Part shown: positions 58,362-64,000 of the stretch, piece by piece | How positions within the stretch are numbered: the first letter of the stretch is position 1 | Layout: every line of letters starts with the position of its first letter | DNA from: Chlorokybus atmophyticus | Lineage: Eukaryota > Plantae > Mesostigma and Chlorokybus algae | Length of the DNA: 64,000 bases | NCBI GenBank assembly: GCA_009103225.1 | Contig: RHPI01003491.1 | Location: 403,292-467,291 of the forward strand | Direction: 5' to 3' | The notes under the pieces: model-generated | What the model was told of the DNA's origin: nothing | The model's input: only the letters and a program-made list of their open reading frames with translations | The model's database searches: none | Position numbers and translations under genes: made by a program

Positions 58362-59803
58362 TGTAACCACCGTGCTATCAACCCATGGGCATGAGCTATG
58401 TGTCACATATAACTCGTGTGTGAGTTTGTTAAAAAGCTTCTGAAGCTAGCTATGTGGAGCAACTTGAAGCGCAAGTTATGGTTGCGTGTGCTAAATGTAG
58501 TAGCTTTTAGAGTAGAAGCATGTGTAGCTGGCGGGTGTAAAACCCGTGGACATGATGGCAATAGGTGGTCTTGTATGGTCTGCTGACGCTGGTGTTGTGG
58601 CGCGCACTTGTGCATGTGTATGCTTATCATTGTCCATCTCAACGCGCTTAACCCAAAAAGCAGTCTTGTGTTCGGCCTGCTCTCTTATTTTGATTAAATG
58701 GAAACCAGCGAGCAAATTGATGATGGTGAAGACTTTGGCGTCAGCGACGTTATAAACGTTATAAAGATGTCTTCCACAATAGGCACCGAGTACCTAATCA
58801 ATTGAGTGGCTGCATTATCGAGTCCAAAGTCCACACACATGCGCATCTGTGTCTAGTTGCCCTAAAAGTCCTTCTTTCGGGGCATGATTACAGCAAACTC
58901 TTCAATCAACTCAGCTTTCAACAGCTCATCACCCTTCTGCTTCATTGCGTCTTTCTCCACTTGATTGCATGGTATTGTCTTTTTAACATGGGTTCTTCCA
59001 TGTTGCAGCGGCCTAGCTCTTGCAAGTTGAAAGCGAAGGCTTTTCGGTGTCTTTTAAGTTATGCCAGCAGTGTTTCGTTTTCTTGTGCTATGACCTTGCT
59101 TTTGTAGTCCCATGTGTGTGTAGTTTCATCCACACTCTTCTGTGGCAGCCAACATATGTGGCTGGTCACATGAAGTTGACACCCCTTCAGCACCTTGACC
59201 GTGGTCTGGCCGTCTCCACCCCCTCAGCATGTGACTCAAGCTCCGACTGTCAGGTTGCTTGGCTGAGACTAGTGTGCGCGCTTCTTCTGCCACTTTTGGG
59301 GCAGCCGACGACACCGTTAGTAATCCATATCAAGCTACTACAAACTTGAGCGTGGCCGAGCAGCTTTTTTCGCTGCTGTTTTGTTACGCCAGAAGCCTTT
59401 GTAACATCTGGCAAAAAACCCATGACTTTCTCTCTCTCATCGGCAGTGGGTTCCTTCTCCTAACCCGTCTTGTTGTTGTAGATGCCAAGCCCATTGTTGA
59501 GAAGCATAACTGGCAGGGTAAGTAACTAAAATGGGCAATGTCCTCTATGGCTCTCCCACTCCCACACATTAGCAGGGTGTTGTGCTGGCCTATGCATTGT
59601 TAAAACCGGTTGTGGGTCTCGCCCCTCCTCCAGCATGTCACTAACCAATAGTTGACCTGCTCTTTCATATTCTTGCTATACTTGTTTGCGCAGCTCGGTA
59701 GGTGCCAAGTTGGTCAACAACATTCTCAACCGATGTGCGCGCGATTCGCATTGTGCTGCACCTAACTCAACTATACATCCCAACACCGACATCATAATCT
59801 GAT

Positions 59804-60556
59804 TGTCACGGTGGATATGATCACACAATCATATGTAGGTATGTTTTCACTTAATTAAGTAGCGGGGGTATTCTTTTGTGTTGCTCGCAACATCTGTAGT
59901 GTAACAGCTTGGACCTTTTTCCATAATTTACTAAATGTACAGTATGCATTTTGCCTTTTGTGTGGCTTTATCAAGGCTTTATGAAGGGCTTTTACAAGCC
60001 GTATGGGCGGTGCTCTGCTGCCGCACGTGACTTCGCCTGCGACCAGCCCGGCAGCTGCCTGCATACGACGTGACCTAGTAAGGCAGCGGTAACGCAGCTG
60101 ACCAGACTGCACGGTACCTGCCATGTGACGCGGACATAGTCAGTCTACCGCTGCGCAGTACCTTGTGACGCGGACTGCCTAGTCAGCTGCCGCGTGAAAT
60201 GTACTCCGGCGCGGGGTAGCAGTCTGCACTTATACAGGTCTTTTGGATTTGGTAAATCATCGACAAAAAGGCCTGATTCATAAGCTGCTTGGTTGTTGTG
60301 CTTGTATATATAGAAACTCTGTATACTACAACCAACTCTTGTTTTCTGCTCTTTGCTGTGAGTATGCTGGTGTATGCTTGAGAGAGGCGTGATCCAAGGC
60401 ACACTGCTTCGTTCTTGCATGGCGTGGGAAGTAGTAGTGTTTGCGTGCGTGTGCGTGCGCGGGAGAAGACAAGGTTCCGGTGTGAAGACTGTGCTCAGCT
60501 GCACACATGTGTTGTATGACTTGTGTGCTGTGTATGTGACCACGAGCATCGTTACA
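59804..60556 (+). repeat. Putative 5' LTR of a further gypsy element
   Basis: TGTCACG...GTTACA followed by PBS TGGTATCGGAGCC (60558-60570, tRNA-iMet 3'-end type). Start is inferred. Confidence 0.7.
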
Positions 60557-60653
60557 GTGGTATCGGAGCCCTTGGAAGGGTGGAGTTTCTTGCTTTATAA
60601 GGATATTAACTATATCTTTGGTGTGAGGTATACTTCTGTTTACGGACGCTACC

Positions 60654-62200
60654 ATGGATGATGTACATGTCGTGGAGCTTCAGCAAGTGCTGGTCGCTGC
60701 TTATAAAAAGCTGCAACGTGTTCAAGCATCTGCTCAAGCTCTATCGGCACAATTTCAAGAAGTCTTGGCGCAAGTGCGCGCGGCTACGCCTATTGCTGTA
60801 CCTGTGGCTCTTCCACCAGCCTCTCGTCACGTGAAAGTGCCAAAACCAAAGCCATTTAAGGGCCAGAGGGATGGTGACTGCGTCGAGGAGTGGGTGTTTG
60901 CTGTCTCTTCATGGTTGAAGCTCACCGAGGTACCCGTACATCTCCATGTCGATGTGGCTGCTACTTTTTTAAAGGGAGCTGCACTTGTGTGGTGGCGTTA
61001 TCGTTGTGCTCGTGTGGAAGCTGGTCTCGAGGTCCCCTTTATCACCGTGGCTAAGCTGGCCGTTGAAGGTGAAGAAACAGTTCGTATCGGTGCAAAGCAT
61101 GAAGACGGCACGCGATCAGCTCTGTACACTTGTGCAAACGTAATCCATGATGGCCTACACATCCGCGTTTCAGTGTCTTGTGCTCTCCATACCCAACATG
61201 ACTGAGGAGGAGCAGTTGGACCGCTATACGCGCGAGTTGAAGACTCTTTGTCGCAAGGAAGTTGAGCTTCGTGACGCCAAGTCTCTTGCGGAGGCCATTC
61301 GCGTCGCCGAGCGTACGCACGTGTTTTACTTCAAGGGTACTGCATAAGACACTGATCGTGGGCGTTTCTATAAATTCCAGGGAGGTTTATATCGCTCGTA
61401 CACATCTTTTGGAACTGGTTCGGCAGCTGCAACAGCTGCGGGGGGTGGCTCGGGACCTACACCAATGGAGTTGGGTGTTCTCCATGCTTCAAAGAGGGGT
61501 GTGAAGGGTCGGGAAGATGCCAAGGCAGTTCGGAAGTGTTGGGAGTGCTCTTCTACTAGAAATATGCGCTCCAACTGCCCCATCTTCAAGACAAAGTCGG
61601 CTGCACGTGCACGCAATGCGCGCGGCGGTGGACGTGTGAATACGGTGGAGGTGGAGATGTTACAGTCGGGAAACGGCTCACCTCAGTAGCTAAGGAGGCT
61701 GCTGCTGAGGTTGAGATGGAGCCTCTTTCTGATGTTGACAGTTCAAAGCCTTTCGTGGATACGTCGGTGACTGTTGGCGGCATGTATACGTGCGCAACGG
61801 CGACGCGAGACGGTGTGGTTCGTGTGCCCGATGAGGCGAGGCAGCTGCTGACCGTCACGGCCATGATTCGCGAGGGTGATGGGCCTTGGGTGGAGTGCAA
61901 AAGTGCTGGTGGATAGCGGCACGAACAGCAACTTCATGAATCGAGAGGTTGCGCGTCGACACAAGTGGCTTTCGCGGGCGAAGCTCCGTAACTCTCGCGG
62001 ACGGCCGTGCGCCAACCGGAGCTGCGAAGCTGAGCAAAGAGCTTGAAGTCCACGTGGGGATGATAAAAGGATAGCCTACGGTTTTGCTGCCTCAAGCCCG
62101 GCTACGGCTTTGATGGCATTTTGGGGTTACCTTGGCTTTGGACACATATCCCCGCCATTAATTGGAGGAAGTGCCTAATTGCTGCCCCGGAAGGTGGTGG
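60654..62200 (+). pseudogene. Gypsy gag and protease, frameshifted
   Basis: PKPKPFKGQRDGDCVEEW...FLKGAALVWW; degenerate knuckle CWECSSTRNMRSNC; VLVDSGTNSNF; DGILGLPWL. Confidence 0.85.
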
Positions 62201-62259
62201 TATGGCTATGACTTGCTTGGGTGCTTCTTCCCGTGGTGAGTGTTTAGTTCAAAAGCGTG

Positions 62260-64000
62260 TATGTCACAGCCCACTCGACCACAAAAGACTTGGTGCTTTT
62301 ATCCCAACAATCAAGCGGCCATCTTCGACTGGCTTGTGAAGTTGCGACACTATGTCAACTCCCTTCACATTTCTGAGGAGGGGAAATTGCGTGTAGCTGA
62401 GTTGCTGATCCCAAACGATGCTCTGGCAGAGTGGTACCGCCGTAAGCAACGGGATACAAACCTCGGGCGGGAAGTAAATCAGTTGTGCTTTTTCATGGAG
62501 CAGCACTATGGTGGTGCAGATCCTGCCCAGGTTGCTCGCAACTAGCTGCACAACCTGCGTCAGAACGGGCGTCCGGTTCAGCAGTATATCCAGGATTTTT
62601 AGTCGTTTATCAGCAAGATCAATGCTGGCAAACTACCTATCAGTGATGCTGATCAGCTGGATATGTTCAGGTGTGGCTTGGACACAGATCTCGTGCAGCA
62701 TGTGGCCGTCAACCTCGCGAGTTTGCAAGAGTGGGCCTCGACGGATTTACCAATGCTGATGCAGATGGTTGCTGCTGTGGACAGTGTAAAGCGCTCTCAC
62801 GCCAACATGCAAACCACGGCAAAAGAGGCAGCCCCGGTTTCAGCTGCAAAGCGCCCGGCCACTGACAACAAACCTTTTGTGAAAAAGGCGAAACCATCTC
62901 ATCCTGCTAGCCCCTACAACGCGGCCAAAGCCATCATCACTTGCAGTTTCTGCAAGAAGACAGGTCATGGGGAGGCTAAGTGCTATGCAAAACAGAATGC
63001 ACAGAAGGCCAAGCAGCAGAGAGACAAGAAATAGGAATTGTCCGTGGTTGGTAGCTTAGTCGAGCAACACGACTTTAAAAACTCTGTGCTTCTTGATAAA
63101 GTTTCCTCTCTTTGTGATGTATCAGATGTATGGACTGATATGAGCACACCACCTGTCTTGAGAAATGCAAACGGTTGTATTTTAATCAATGTTCCATTCT
63201 CTGAATTAGTAACCGCTGTTAAGCACTTACACGAGTTGCAATTACAACATGCTGTCACTGCATGTGTAGTTATCCCTCAATATCATGGCCCGTGGTCGCG
63301 ATTGTTGAAAGGGGAGAAGTAATTATGCAACTCTCACGCAAAGATACAGGAGCTTCACCATTGCAAGTGATCTTTATCAAGTCTGCTACCAATCACGGCA
63401 CTCCGACACTAGCTACATTTGATGGTCACTAAGTGCCACTCAAATGGAGATTTGAGAGTCAACTTATGGGTACACCATGTACAGCATTGATTGATACTGG
63501 TGCAAACCATAACTTTGTTGAACATGCTTAGGTGAAACGTAATAACATTCCTTTCACACCAATCACGTCATATGTACGTGCTGCTGGTTCCACTTTCAAT
63601 GCAATGGGAGAGGTAAGGGCGTTTTGTTATTAATGGCTATATATCCCGACCAGCCTTCATCGTGGTGGATATTGGTATCCCCGGGGTGGATGTTGTTTTA
63701 GGGGAACAATGGCACACTGAAGCAGGTTTACAATTAGACTCTCGAGCCAATACGTGCACCCTTCGTAAAGAGAAACGTAGGATGACTTTAACAGCATCTG
63801 TACTCGCACGTATACCACGCGATAATGTTCCGCTCCTCTCTGCTATGCAATTGAAACGTTGCATGCGTAAATGTGAGGAAGTATACTTACTGCACTTACG
63901 ACAGGTGGAAACATCTGCTGAACAGGCTATCAGTGACCCTGTGGTGCAGTCACTTACGGAACAATACGCAGATGTATTTCAGGATGAACTCCCAGAGTTG
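62260..64000 (+). mobile_element. Gypsy relic (gag, knuckle, protease), truncated by the window end
   Basis: DWLVKLRHYVNSL, CSFCKKTGHGEAKC, LIDTGANHNFV, YADVFQDELPE; same family as 13.9 kb and 39.4-41.2 kb. Confidence 0.85.

Noticed and set aside
57852-58426. Recurrent ~60-bp repeats that could be taken for a CRISPR array
   Set aside because: They are DIRS B repeats in a eukaryotic context, with no regular spacers and no cas genes.

Overview
Eukaryotic, green-lineage DNA. A chlorophyte-type alga is inferred from the plant-type mitochondrial SHMT, short GT-AG introns with YGCAG acceptors and TGTAA polyadenylation-like motifs. Bases 1-10,300 are host genes: a broken F-box/PP2-like gene, ARP2 (15 exons, minus) and a head-to-head mitochondrial SHMT (13 exons, plus). 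Bases ~10,500-64,000 are a nested retrotransposon array with two N gaps. (i) A large Ty3/gypsy element on the minus strand has a ~1,330-aa Gag and a pol with the order protease, C5 cytosine DNA methyltransferase, RT, RNase H, integrase, PHD finger. It is interrupted by three near-identical young Ty1/copia elements. (ii) A family of tyrosine-recombinase (DIRS/PAT/TOC-like) retrotransposons has split direct repeats (A1-ORFs-B1-A2-U-B2) and occurs as full, internally deleted, inverted and solo forms. (iii) Relics of an older copia, a chromodomain gypsy and other gypsy families fill the rest. The two strongest leads are the DNMT-plus-PHD gypsy and, in the DIRS family, one conserved phase-1 splice donor in gag with three conserved in-frame phase-1 acceptors ahead of the zinc-knuckle exon, RT-RH-MT and the recombinase. 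That pattern suggests all three proteins are made by alternative splicing onto a shared Gag N-terminus. All identifications come from manual motif reading; no alignments or database searches were run.
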